A stretch of 60,823 nt of DNA, counting the filler. It is 4 parts of 4 records of this genome, joined end to end, with 100 filler letters (N's around TTAATTAATTAA, not from the genome) between each part and the next. Parts side by side here need not be neighbours in the genome. Positions count along the whole stretch, not along the records: positions 1 to 25,153 come from DRR723986_12556; 3 more parts are not named here. One strand, written 5' to 3'. Under the pieces are notes generated by a model, which saw nothing but the letters and a program-made list of their open reading frames with translations, was not told the origin of the DNA and did no database searches. How positions within the stretch are numbered: the first letter of the stretch is position 1; every line of letters begins with the position of its first letter. Shown piece after piece: positions 9,846 through 19,248 of this stretch. Made by a program: the position numbers and the translations under genes.

Positions 9846-10538
9846 TCAGATATTTTCATCAGGGTCAATTGTCAGTTTTTTCATCGCTGCAAATGCAGCC
9901 GCCGCTTTCATGTGAGGGCCAGCGAAACTATCTCGCGCGCCTATGCGTTTCATAAAGGCAATGAGATTGGGCCAACGTTTTGCCGAAGGTACGTAACCAG
10001 CGAAGGACAAATTAGCATATTGCACGGCAACAGATATGTCCGCCAATGAGAAGCGAGGCCCAGCAAACCATTCATTTGTGCCAAGTGCCTGCTCAATATA
10101 ATCATTAATACGTGGTAATTTGTTCCGCACGATCTTCATGGCGGCTTCCATATCCGGTTCTTGTTTCTGCATTTGCGGGAAAACGATGGGGCGGAACACG
10201 CCAAGCCCAAATGTCGAAGCCATTTCCGTGTCTGCATATTCCTCAATCCATAGTGCACGGCCAAAGTCTGCGTGATCTTCTGGCATTAAAGAAATTTCTG
10301 GATATTTACGCTCCAGATAATGAAAAATTGCACTTGAGTCTGGTAGTATCCAGTCATTGCCGTTGTCGCTGTCTTTCAAAAGGGGAATACGGCGCAATGG
10401 GTTAATAGCAGTAAAGTCTTCGTTAGCTTGAAACGGGCTTAATACTTCGGTTTCATAACCAATATTTTTCTCATTTAATTGCGTAAGAATCTTCCGGTAA
10501 AATGGTGATCCTGCCAACCCGCATACGGTTAATGTCAT
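9846..10538 (-). CDS. Glutathione S-transferase family protein
   Basis: SPFYRK, NPLRRIPLL, DSSAI and FSLADI motifs. Confidence 0.9.
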   Translation of the reverse strand: MTLTVCGLAGSPFYRKILTQLNEKNIGYETEVLSPFQANEDFTAINPLRRIPLLKDSDNGNDWILPDSSAIFHYLERKYPEISLMPEDHADFGRALWIEEYADTEMASTFGLGVFRPIVFPQMQKQEPDMEAAMKIVRNKLPRINDYIEQALGTNEWFAGPRFSLADISVAVQYANLSFAGYVPSAKRWPNLIAFMKRIGARDSFAGPHMKAAAAFAAMKKLTIDPDENI

Positions 10539-10682
10539 CGCCGATTCCTCGATTGTTTATTCATAAGTAGGTGCCTGTAATCTGGAGCAAACTTTTCGAC
10601 ATTCAACCATTCACACTATTGGCATTGATGATACGGCAATAGTGCTCTTCAAAGGAGATTTTTGTTGTGCCGTGTCCGGAGT

Positions 10683-11306
10683 TTATTCCAATTTTGCGAT
10701 GGCGATACAGCTTTGAATGACAAACTCTAAAGTATCCTCTAGAGACCTATGGGCCTTGTTTTCCATTGCCCATCGTCTGAGGGACAAAATGGTAAAATCA
10801 AACATGACATATTGCCGTGTTACTTTGTCATCATCCGACAAATGCGCCAATTTCATGTTAAGAAGGTCGTAGGTTTTTATCATACCTACAATGTTATACT
10901 CTTGGATTACGCGGTGAAGTTCCCAATTTGGCTGTGTAATGGCTTGGCTCAGGAAATTGAGATAGTTCGCGCCCGCTGCTTTTGTTTTCATCAATTCACC
11001 GAGTGGTAAAATCAAGACTTCAAAAAGCTGGCGCAGACTGGGGTCAGGCCCAACTTTATCCAACATTGCTAAACGTTCTTGGTCTAGTTGTGCAGTGCGT
11101 TCACTTATTGTTGCGGCTATAAGCCCTTTTTTGGACCCAAAGTGATACTGAAGTGCGGACTGATTTCTTTGACCCGCTTCTTGCAAAATCTCTCGTGTTG
11201 ATACGTCGGCAAGTCCTTTTTCAGCGATTAACCGTTCTGCCGCTTCAATTAAGGCAGTTTTGGTTGTATCAGCACGTGTGCTTTTGCGGCTATTTTGAAT
11301 GCTCAA
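10683..11306 (-). CDS. TetR/AcrR family transcriptional regulator
   Basis: N-terminal HTH: LIEAAERLIAEKG..STREI..ALQYHFGSK. Confidence 0.9.
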   Translation of the reverse strand: MSIQNSRKSTRADTTKTALIEAAERLIAEKGLADVSTREILQEAGQRNQSALQYHFGSKKGLIAATISERTAQLDQERLAMLDKVGPDPSLRQLFEVLILPLGELMKTKAAGANYLNFLSQAITQPNWELHRVIQEYNIVGMIKTYDLLNMKLAHLSDDDKVTRQYVMFDFTILSLRRWAMENKAHRSLEDTLEFVIQSCIAIAKLE

Positions 11307-11410
11307 GTTTGTCCCCCCAAACTCTTTACTGTCTTCCCCACTTGGTTAGTTAAGCATTTATTCTCACCAATAGTAAAGTTGTGTTGTGCACTGCAGTTTA
11401 GCGAAATGCG

Positions 11411-12565
11411 TCACGCCCAAACTTCTGTATAGTTTTCGCGCTTTATACCGCGGGTTAACCGGTGTTTGATAAAGGCGGATAGTCCGGCAGATTCAATAAC
11501 CGTATCAACTGCGCCGCGGTCTGCGCCGTTTAGTTTGTCATAAGCTTTATGAATACGGTGTAGCATCCATAGAGAGTAATGCCGTGCTCCTATCGTGATA
11601 TCGGTATCACCTAGTCGAACAGTAATACCGCCCAAAACGCGCTTGTTAGCGTTTGTAATAACTGGCGTTCCAGAGGTAATGTCAGAATTTTCAGCAGAAT
11701 AACTATTGATAAAATCAACAAGTGCAATCACTTCAGGGCCGTAATCCCGGCCAATAATTTTAAGCACGTTTATGAGTGTGTCGCTGATGGTATCATCGGG
11801 CAGAACTGTTCGCTCCATGTCTGGAAATTCTGGCATGTCCGCATTTGCCGCGGTCATTCGTTCAACCCACCTCCAAACCCGGTTTGCGGTGCGCTTCATA
11901 AGCATTTCTGGCGCTGGGTCGCGTGCTAAATGTGCATACATTGATGCATAAAGGCCAAAGTCTGCCATGGTTGGCGCGCCGCCAAGCAAGTAGGGTGAGG
12001 TGAGAAAATGTTGGTCAAGTACTGCAAGAAGGTCTTGGTAATTTTTCTCAATAGTAGGAATAGAAGTTTCGGTAATGCCAAGGCCCGGCAAATATTTTTG
12101 CATGGCTGCTTTAGGCATGGCTGCAAGTTCGTATGCTTCTTCGTTTGTAGCATCTGCTTTCATGAAGCGGCCAAACTCCATTGAGATGAAATAGTCGTTT
12201 TCTTCCGGGAAATTCCATCTATAATGCATGGCAGGGCGCAGCATTCCTTCATCGCCGAACATTTCAATGATCATGCTAATGATTTTCTGACGTGGGCTTT
12301 CTGGATAAATGTCCAATGGGGTGGTTTGGCGGTTTTCAAGAAACTCAATAATCTCTGTGGTGTCCTGCATAATGTCGCCCTCAGGCGTCTCCAGCACTGG
12401 GATAACAAAGCGCTTAACCGTTGGTAGAATGCGGGCGCTATAGTCAGGGTGACTTTGCAGCTTTTCTTCAAAGGGAATACCGGCTTTGCGCAAATAACTG
12501 CGTGCTTTGCCCGAATACAGGCTTGGTGGGCATCCAAAAAGGGTAACTGGCTGAATGGAGGGCAT
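11411..12565 (-). CDS. Extended glutathione S-transferase family protein
   Basis: SLYSGKARSYL, IPVL, QDTTEII and YLLGGAPTMADF motifs plus C-terminal extension. Confidence 0.85.
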   Translation of the reverse strand: MPSIQPVTLFGCPPSLYSGKARSYLRKAGIPFEEKLQSHPDYSARILPTVKRFVIPVLETPEGDIMQDTTEIIEFLENRQTTPLDIYPESPRQKIISMIIEMFGDEGMLRPAMHYRWNFPEENDYFISMEFGRFMKADATNEEAYELAAMPKAAMQKYLPGLGITETSIPTIEKNYQDLLAVLDQHFLTSPYLLGGAPTMADFGLYASMYAHLARDPAPEMLMKRTANRVWRWVERMTAANADMPEFPDMERTVLPDDTISDTLINVLKIIGRDYGPEVIALVDFINSYSAENSDITSGTPVITNANKRVLGGITVRLGDTDITIGARHYSLWMLHRIHKAYDKLNGADRGAVDTVIESAGLSAFIKHRLTRGIKRENYTEVWA

Positions 12566-12588
12566 TTGGGGGGTCCGATCATTTGACT

Positions 12589-12615
12589 AGATAATGAATG
12601 GCATTACTATTATCT
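12589..12615. promoter_or_regulatory. Inverted repeat in divergent promoter region, candidate TetR operator
   Basis: AGATAAT-13 nt-ATTATCT with inner AATG/CATT, between the divergent GST and esterase genes. Confidence 0.35.
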
Positions 12616-12689
12616 TGCGCGCCGCTGTCAAGCTGCGCCATTGATCTTGCGATCAAGCCTATGTGAACTCGAACGCGAAAGAAGGTTGT

Positions 12690-13610
12690 ATGTCCCTTAG
12701 AGCTTGGATCGTTCGGCGCAAAATTAGAAGCCTGTTTCGTCCTGAGTTGTCAGGAAAAGTGAGCGAGTCTGAAAGTATCGACTTTCTTTCTGCCCTAAAG
12801 CTGTCTGAAAGAGCCATTCGTCAGCCGCCTTCCACTGCGGAAATTGAGGCAGTAGACACCCAATTCGGTGGTCAGCCTGTACGCGGAGAATGGGTGGCAG
12901 AACCTGGCGTAAATGCAAAGCGTATTATTTTTTACTCGCATGGCGGCGGGTTTATTTGGGGCGCACCTAAATTTTACCGTGAGCTCGCCTGGCGTTTGTC
13001 AAAAGCCTGTAATGCGCGTGTTTTTCTGCTGGACTACAGCCTGGCCCCCCAAGCAAAATGCCCCGTACAGATAGACGAAGGTTTGGCCGCCTATGATATG
13101 ATCCATGATGCTCACCCAGATGCTCAGATCGTTCTGTCGGGCGATAGCGCAGGTGGTGGCTTGTCTGCTTCGCTGGCAATTGCCATTCGCGATAGTGGCC
13201 GTAAAGCCCCCGCGGCAGTAGCTTTAATAGCACCTTGGGTTGACATGACCGGCTCAGGCGAAAGTTTGAAATTCAACGGTAAAAAGGACGTGATGCTTAG
13301 GCCAAGCGGCGTAGCGAAGGGCGCATACGCCTATCACGGAGACATGGCACCGGACGACCCGAGGTGTTCGCCGCTATTTGCTGATCATAAAGATTTGCCG
13401 CCTATGTTGATTCAAGTGAGCGGTGATGAGATTTTGCTAGACGATGCAACCCGACTGGCAGCCAGCGTTGAACGTGCTGGCGGTAAAGTGAACTTGCGGA
13501 TATGGCAGAAGATGCACCATGTTTGGCATTTGAGCGCGGGTATGGTGCCTGAAGGGCGAAAAGCAATTGATGAGATGGCGGCGCATTTCGAGGCCAACTG
13601 GGCTAGCTAA
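12690..13610 (+). CDS. Alpha/beta hydrolase (HSL-family esterase)
   Basis: HGGG oxyanion motif, GDSAGG nucleophile, C-terminal E/D and H (MHHVW). Confidence 0.92.
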   Translation: MSLRAWIVRRKIRSLFRPELSGKVSESESIDFLSALKLSERAIRQPPSTAEIEAVDTQFGGQPVRGEWVAEPGVNAKRIIFYSHGGGFIWGAPKFYRELAWRLSKACNARVFLLDYSLAPQAKCPVQIDEGLAAYDMIHDAHPDAQIVLSGDSAGGGLSASLAIAIRDSGRKAPAAVALIAPWVDMTGSGESLKFNGKKDVMLRPSGVAKGAYAYHGDMAPDDPRCSPLFADHKDLPPMLIQVSGDEILLDDATRLAASVERAGGKVNLRIWQKMHHVWHLSAGMVPEGRKAIDEMAAHFEANWAS

Positions 13611-13655
13611 AGAATGCCCCGAGAATAAATGCCTATAGTATAGAAGAGAGTTTTG

Positions 13656-14477
13656 ATGAAAACAGCATTCATAACCGGCGCAGGTTCAGGCATTGGCCGA
13701 TCACTCGCACATGCATTAGCCAAGTCTGGTTGTTCGGTTTTTATTACCGACATCAATGCGGAAAACCTTGCCAAAGTGGCTCAGGAACTGCGCTTGATGC
13801 AGGCTAACGTTCATGAACGTGTGCTTGACGTTTCTGATAAGGATGATGTTTTTAAGGCTGTAGACGAAGCAACCAAAAAGCTGGGCTCCATTGAGGGCAT
13901 GTTCAATAACGCGGGTATTTCCTTTTCCAATATGGTTGATGAAATGGACTATGATGACTTTGAGCGCGTTATGAATATTGATTTTTGGGGCGTTGTTCAT
14001 GGCACCAAAGCAGTCCTGCCGCAAATGCTGAAACGTGGTAGCGGGCATATCGTGAATATATCGAGCATCTTCGGTATCGTTGGTGTGCCAAGCCAAGGCG
14101 CTTACTGTGCCGCAAAACATGCGGTTAAAGGTTTTAACGAGTCTTTATTCTATGAGTTGCAGGACACTGGCGTGCAGGTGCATTCAGTGCATCCGGGCGG
14201 CGTTGATACTGGTATAATCAAGCACGGTGTGCATAAGAAAAACATTGACGGCGATATTGATGTGGATGAGCTTGCCAAGCAATTTAAGGCAGACGCAAAG
14301 TCTACGCCTGAGCAGGCCGCACAGGTAATTTTGGATGGAGTTGCCAAATCCCGCTACCGTATTCTGGTGGGCAGCGATGCCCGTATGATTGACCGTATTC
14401 AGCGCTGGTTCCCGAATTTGTGGCGCAGTTTGTTTCCGAAATTGATGTCTAGTTTAATGGTTGATCGATCAAAATAG
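13656..14477 (+). CDS. Short-chain dehydrogenase/reductase
   Basis: TGAGSGIG, NNAG and YCAAK motifs. Confidence 0.93.
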   Translation: MKTAFITGAGSGIGRSLAHALAKSGCSVFITDINAENLAKVAQELRLMQANVHERVLDVSDKDDVFKAVDEATKKLGSIEGMFNNAGISFSNMVDEMDYDDFERVMNIDFWGVVHGTKAVLPQMLKRGSGHIVNISSIFGIVGVPSQGAYCAAKHAVKGFNESLFYELQDTGVQVHSVHPGGVDTGIIKHGVHKKNIDGDIDVDELAKQFKADAKSTPEQAAQVILDGVAKSRYRILVGSDARMIDRIQRWFPNLWRSLFPKLMSSLMVDRSK

Positions 14478-14564
14478 CTTCTGTTTGCGTAATAGGTGGC
14501 ACCGTCAATGTGAAGGCGGTAAAATACATTCGATTCTTATTATTTTATCCTGAAAGGGTGATAG

Positions 14565-15998
14565 ATGCGTATTCTCGACAAACATTACATTAACGGCAGT
14601 TGGGTTGCACCAGCAGGCGGTGATTTCCGCGATTTGGTCAATCCAGCAACAGAAAAAGTTTCCGGAAAAATGGCGCTGGGAAATGCAGCAGACGTTGACA
14701 CTGCGGTGGCTGCAGCAAAAGCAGCGTTTGATAGTTTTTCGCAGACTAGTCGTGAAGAACGCCTTGCCATGCTGGACCGCATTATCACCGAGTATAAAAA
14801 ACGCATGCCGGAAATGGCAGAGGTTATTACGCTTGAAATGGGTGCACCAGCCTTTCTGGCTCAGAAAGCCCATGCGCCTTCTGGACTTGGGCATTTAATT
14901 ACAGCAAGAAAAGTGCTCGAAAACTTTGCCTTTGAAGAAGATAATGGCCTTACCCGAGTGGCAAAAGAGGCGATTGGCGTTGTGGGAATGATAACGCCTT
15001 GGAATTGGCCGATTAACCAAATTGCCTGCAAGGTCGCGCCTGCGATTGCCACCGGCTGCACCATGGTCTTAAAACCCAGCGAAGTAGCACCATACAGCTG
15101 TCAGCTTTTCACAGAAATCATGGATGCTGCTGATATTCCTGCTGGTGTTTACAACGTGGTTTACGGCGAGGGTATGTCTGTCGGGGAAGCAATTTCTGGC
15201 CATCCTGACGTGGACATGGTTTCTGTTACCGGTTCAACCCGCATGGGCGCAGCGGTGCAAGCCAATGCGGCCAAGACCATTAAGCGTGTTACGCAGGAAC
15301 TGGGCGGCAAGTCAGCCAATATTCTTCTAGATGATGCTGACTTTGAAAAAGTGGTTACGCGTGAAACGCTATCGGTCATGAACAATACAGGGCAAACCTG
15401 CACGGCGCTTACGCGTATGTTGGTGCCTATGAACCGAATGGATGAAGCGGCGGCCATTGCAGCTAAAGCAGCAGCAACTGTTGTAACCGGTGACCCTTCC
15501 AGTGCTGATACAAAAATGGGGCCGATATCAAACGGTCAGCAATTCCAGAAAGTAGGCTTGCTGATTGAAAAAGGCATTGAAGAGGGTGCTCGAATTGTGG
15601 CTGGCGGGCCGGGCCGCCCTGAAGGACTTGAAAAAGGCTATTTCGTCAAACCGACAGTGTTTGCTGATGTAACACCCGACATGACAATTGCGCGGGAAGA
15701 AATATTCGGGCCGGTGCTTTCTATCATTGGCTATGAGAGTGAAGAAGAAGCTGTACGTATCGCTAACGACAGTCCTTATGGGCTTTCCGGTGCTGTACAA
15801 AGCGCAGATGTTGACCGCGCCCGTAAAGTGGCATCTAAAATGCGTACAGGCATGGTTTACATCAACGGTGCAAGCGGTGATTTGAATGCGCCGTTTGGCG
15901 GCTATAAGCAATCAGGCAATGGCCGTGAATGGGGCGCTCATGCTTTTAATGACTTCCTTGAGTTAAAGTCAGTGCTTGGCTATCACGCGGCCGAATAG
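14565..15998 (+). CDS. Aldehyde dehydrogenase
   Basis: ITPWNWP, QELGGKS, GQTC, EEIFGPV and PFGGYKQSG motifs. Confidence 0.95.
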   Translation: MRILDKHYINGSWVAPAGGDFRDLVNPATEKVSGKMALGNAADVDTAVAAAKAAFDSFSQTSREERLAMLDRIITEYKKRMPEMAEVITLEMGAPAFLAQKAHAPSGLGHLITARKVLENFAFEEDNGLTRVAKEAIGVVGMITPWNWPINQIACKVAPAIATGCTMVLKPSEVAPYSCQLFTEIMDAADIPAGVYNVVYGEGMSVGEAISGHPDVDMVSVTGSTRMGAAVQANAAKTIKRVTQELGGKSANILLDDADFEKVVTRETLSVMNNTGQTCTALTRMLVPMNRMDEAAAIAAKAAATVVTGDPSSADTKMGPISNGQQFQKVGLLIEKGIEEGARIVAGGPGRPEGLEKGYFVKPTVFADVTPDMTIAREEIFGPVLSIIGYESEEEAVRIANDSPYGLSGAVQSADVDRARKVASKMRTGMVYINGASGDLNAPFGGYKQSGNGREWGAHAFNDFLELKSVLGYHAAE

Positions 15999-16015
15999 GA
16001 TACTTTCTTTTCCGC

Positions 16016-16043
16016 AAAAAGGCGCTCAAATGAGCGCCTTTTT
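16016..16043. terminator. Intrinsic terminator (potentially bidirectional)
   Basis: AAAAAGGCGCTCA-AA-TGAGCGCCTTTTT just downstream of the ALDH stop. Confidence 0.85.
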
Positions 16044-16078
16044 AGTATTTAGGATAAAGATATTTGGAGTAGCAGGTA

Positions 16079-16804
16079 ATGGCTGGAAGCAAGTTGCGGC
16101 GCATATCGCTCACACTTCATAACTGGATGGGCCTTTTGGTCGGCATACAGATCATTTTCTGGTTTGTCGGCGGTCTTGTAATGACAATGATCCCGCTTGA
16201 TTTGGTGCGCGGTGAAGTGAATATGGCAGCCCGCGAAAAAGTTTCCATGTCATCCGATCAAGTGTTGGCAGTTCTTGCGAAAATAGGCCCGCTAGACGTA
16301 AATAATTTGGCCTTGCGTTCCCTTGCCGGTCGTAAAGTGGTTCATGTGTCACGCGAGACCGGCAAAGATAAGATTTTTGACAGCGATACAGGCATGCTGT
16401 TGTCGCCAATTGATGCGAAAATAGCTGAAGAGGTAGCTCTGGCAGACTTTTCTTACCGCGCAGCGGATGCATTGAAAACAGGCGTTAAAGTTATTGCTAG
16501 CGAGCTGCTAACTGAAGAGCCTGGCGATTTTCGGCGCACGCTTCCCGTATGGCAAGTAAAGCTTAGTGACCCCGATGGCACCCGGATTTATGTGTCGCCG
16601 GACACGGGGCAAGTGCTGACTAGGCGCAATGACTATTGGCGGGTGTTCGATTTTTTCTGGATGCTGCACATCATGGACTATGACGAGCGGGAAAATTTCA
16701 ATAATCCACTATTAATCGCTACTACGATAACGTCAACTTTGTTTGTTTTTACTGGTATAATTTTGCTGTATTTTCGCTTTTGGCCCCGACGCAAGAAAAC
16801 CTGA
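16079..16804 (+). CDS. PepSY-associated TM helix domain protein
   Basis: LHNWMGL N-terminal helix, YVSPDTGQV and FDFFWMLHIMDY motifs. Confidence 0.85.
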   Translation: MAGSKLRRISLTLHNWMGLLVGIQIIFWFVGGLVMTMIPLDLVRGEVNMAAREKVSMSSDQVLAVLAKIGPLDVNNLALRSLAGRKVVHVSRETGKDKIFDSDTGMLLSPIDAKIAEEVALADFSYRAADALKTGVKVIASELLTEEPGDFRRTLPVWQVKLSDPDGTRIYVSPDTGQVLTRRNDYWRVFDFFWMLHIMDYDERENFNNPLLIATTITSTLFVFTGIILLYFRFWPRRKKT

Positions 16805-16851
16805 CCTTGATTCCGGTTTACTTCAGCGTGATTAGCTCATTTTCGGGCTGG

Positions 16852-17436
16852 CTAGGACACCGCGGCCAGCTTTTCCATAAAGTGCTTGCGACAGAGGGCT
16901 ATATATCGATCATTGCCGCCTATTTCTATCGACGCGCCAACTTTCACGGCATTACCTTTTTCATCAATTCGTAAGTTCATGGTTGCTTTGCTTCCACAAG
17001 GGCAAATGGTTTTTAATTCGTGAATTTCATCAGCAATCGCGAGCAACCACTGACTGCCAGTAAATAAATTTGCCTGAAAATCAGTTCGAAGTCCGTAGCA
17101 TAAAACGGGAATGCCTAACTCATCTGCTACGGCTGCCAATTGAAACACATGATCGCGGGATAAAAACTGTGCTTCGTCGATTAAAACGCAGTTAACGTTT
17201 CTATTTTTTAGCTCTTCTTCCACTTTTTCACGAAGATTTACGGACGATTCGAAAAGTGTTGCGTCAACCTTGATGCCAATTCTGGATGAAATTGTGCCTT
17301 TTTCCTGGCGGTCGTCAATCGCTGCTGTGAACAACATGGTTTCCATGCCTCGTTCGCGGTAATTGAAGCTTGACTGCAGAAGCGTTGTAGACTTCCCCGC
17401 ATTCATAGCGGAATAATAAAAATACAGCTTGGCCAT
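16852..17436 (-). CDS. tdk: Thymidine kinase
   Basis: [11 protein letters not shown]-loop, IDEAQFL, YGLRTDF and Zn-binding CPC...CRKH. Confidence 0.96.
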   Translation of the reverse strand: MAKLYFYYSAMNAGKSTTLLQSSFNYRERGMETMLFTAAIDDRQEKGTISSRIGIKVDATLFESSVNLREKVEEELKNRNVNCVLIDEAQFLSRDHVFQLAAVADELGIPVLCYGLRTDFQANLFTGSQWLLAIADEIHELKTICPCGSKATMNLRIDEKGNAVKVGASIEIGGNDRYIALCRKHFMEKLAAVS

Positions 17437-17621
17437 TATTAAATTGCCCTATGTTCTTTTTGATTTGGCTCGGTTAGGCTGGCTTCGGGGAGAGTAAACT
17501 TAATGACCGAAGCGCCGATACCGCAATTAATTTTTGCGACCGTAGAAAAGTGTGGCCCTGAAGGCAAGTCCGAACGCAAGCACGATGGCAAGAATGTACG
17601 TATGTCCATGAGGAGTTTTTG

Positions 17622-19169
17622 ATGCGTTTTTTGATAAGCGGATTGGTATTGTGTCTTCAAACTCTTGCTCCGGCCAGCGCTGTGGCCCCGCAAGACGATA
17701 AAATGGCACGTGTCGCCGGAGATGCAATGTTGTGGCACATGCAAAATGGCCGTTCACGTCAGGCATTTGAAATGATGCCTAAGGGGGGCGATATTCACAA
17801 CCATTTGCGTGGTGCCATATATGCTGAAAGCTGGCTTGAGTGGGCGGCTGAAGACGGACTGTGCGCAGACATGAGCCGTGCTGCACTTGTTTTCCGTGAG
17901 GAAGCAACATGTGAAGCCAGTGGTTGGGTGGACGCAGCCACCGCCCAGGCAGATGACGGTATGCGCCTTCAACTTATCAATGGTTTAAGCACGCGTAATT
18001 ATGTGCCTTCCAATGGCTGGTCGGGCCACAACCAGTTTTTTGCCACTTTTGGCCGTATCAGCGCAGCCCCAGAGCGGTTAGGTGATCAGCTTGCTGCAGT
18101 ATCTGAACGCGCAGGCAAGCAAAATATTCTTTATCTCGAATTGATGGAAACCTTGGTTTTGCCCGAATTGTTTCCTCTAATCGCCGGTGTAAAAATGACC
18201 GGTAATGTATCGGATGATTATCGTACATTAATGAGCGGTAGATTAGGCTCTGCCTTGGGCGACCTTACGGAAAAAATCCGCCTTCAACTTGATATTGCAA
18301 AGCAGAAAAAGGCAAAGCTGTTGGGCTGCAACACTGGCGAACCTGCTGCTGGGTGTGATGTGGAAATTCGTTTCTTGCATCAGGTTATCCGCGAATTTGA
18401 GCCCGCGATGGTGTATGCCCAAATTGTCCTTGGTTGGGCGGTTATGGAAAATGTGCCTGAAGTGGTTGGGCTTAATTTGGTTGCACCGGAAGATGGTTTC
18501 CGTGCGCTGCGCGATTATACACTGCATATGCAGATGCTTGATCATTTGTATAACGAACGCGGCCCTCAAAATATAACCTTGCATGCAGGTGAACTGGCCA
18601 TGGGGCTTGTGCGCCCGAAACAGCTTAAGTTTCATATTCGCGAAGCTATTGAGATTGGCCATGCGAAAAGAATTGGGCACGGCGTTGCGATTAAATATGA
18701 AGAAAATAGTGAGCAGCTTTTAAAGAAGATGGCCGAGGACGATATCTTGGTTGAAATTAACCTAACGAGCAACGCTGTCATTCTGGGCATTGAAGGCGCA
18801 GCACATCCATTGGTGCTATACCGGGACCAAGATGTTCCATACACGGTGAGCACTGACGATGAGGGCGTGTCACGAATAGATCTGACCCATGAGTATATTC
18901 GTCTGGCGCAAACTTTTGATGTGCCCTATTTTGAGCTACGCCAAGTATCGCGTAATTCATTAACTTACAGTTTTCTTGACGGCGAAAGCCTATGGAACTC
19001 GTCCGAGTGTAAAGCTGATTTGAATGCCGGTGGACCTGCTGGAACAGCTTGCCAGCAACTGTTAAACTCTAGCGATAAAGCGCGACTGCAATGGAAGTTG
19101 GAAGAAAAATTCAGAGAATTTGAAAATACGCTGAAAATTCCTGAGCGAAAACGAAACTCATTTAACTAA
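17622..19169 (+). CDS. Adenosine deaminase family protein with signal peptide
   Basis: DIHNHL, TLHAGE, RIGHG and STDD motifs; N-terminal signal MRFLISGLVLCLQTLAPASA; AGGAG RBS. Confidence 0.88.
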   Translation: MRFLISGLVLCLQTLAPASAVAPQDDKMARVAGDAMLWHMQNGRSRQAFEMMPKGGDIHNHLRGAIYAESWLEWAAEDGLCADMSRAALVFREEATCEASGWVDAATAQADDGMRLQLINGLSTRNYVPSNGWSGHNQFFATFGRISAAPERLGDQLAAVSERAGKQNILYLELMETLVLPELFPLIAGVKMTGNVSDDYRTLMSGRLGSALGDLTEKIRLQLDIAKQKKAKLLGCNTGEPAAGCDVEIRFLHQVIREFEPAMVYAQIVLGWAVMENVPEVVGLNLVAPEDGFRALRDYTLHMQMLDHLYNERGPQNITLHAGELAMGLVRPKQLKFHIREAIEIGHAKRIGHGVAIKYEENSEQLLKKMAEDDILVEINLTSNAVILGIEGAAHPLVLYRDQDVPYTVSTDDEGVSRIDLTHEYIRLAQTFDVPYFELRQVSRNSLTYSFLDGESLWNSSECKADLNAGGPAGTACQQLLNSSDKARLQWKLEEKFREFENTLKIPERKRNSFN

Positions 19170-19248
19170 TACGACAGAATGAAAGCGCTTAAATGCCTTG
19201 GGGGATAAGGCGTTCAAGAAGCCCGCATAAGGGAAAAGAGGAGTGCCC

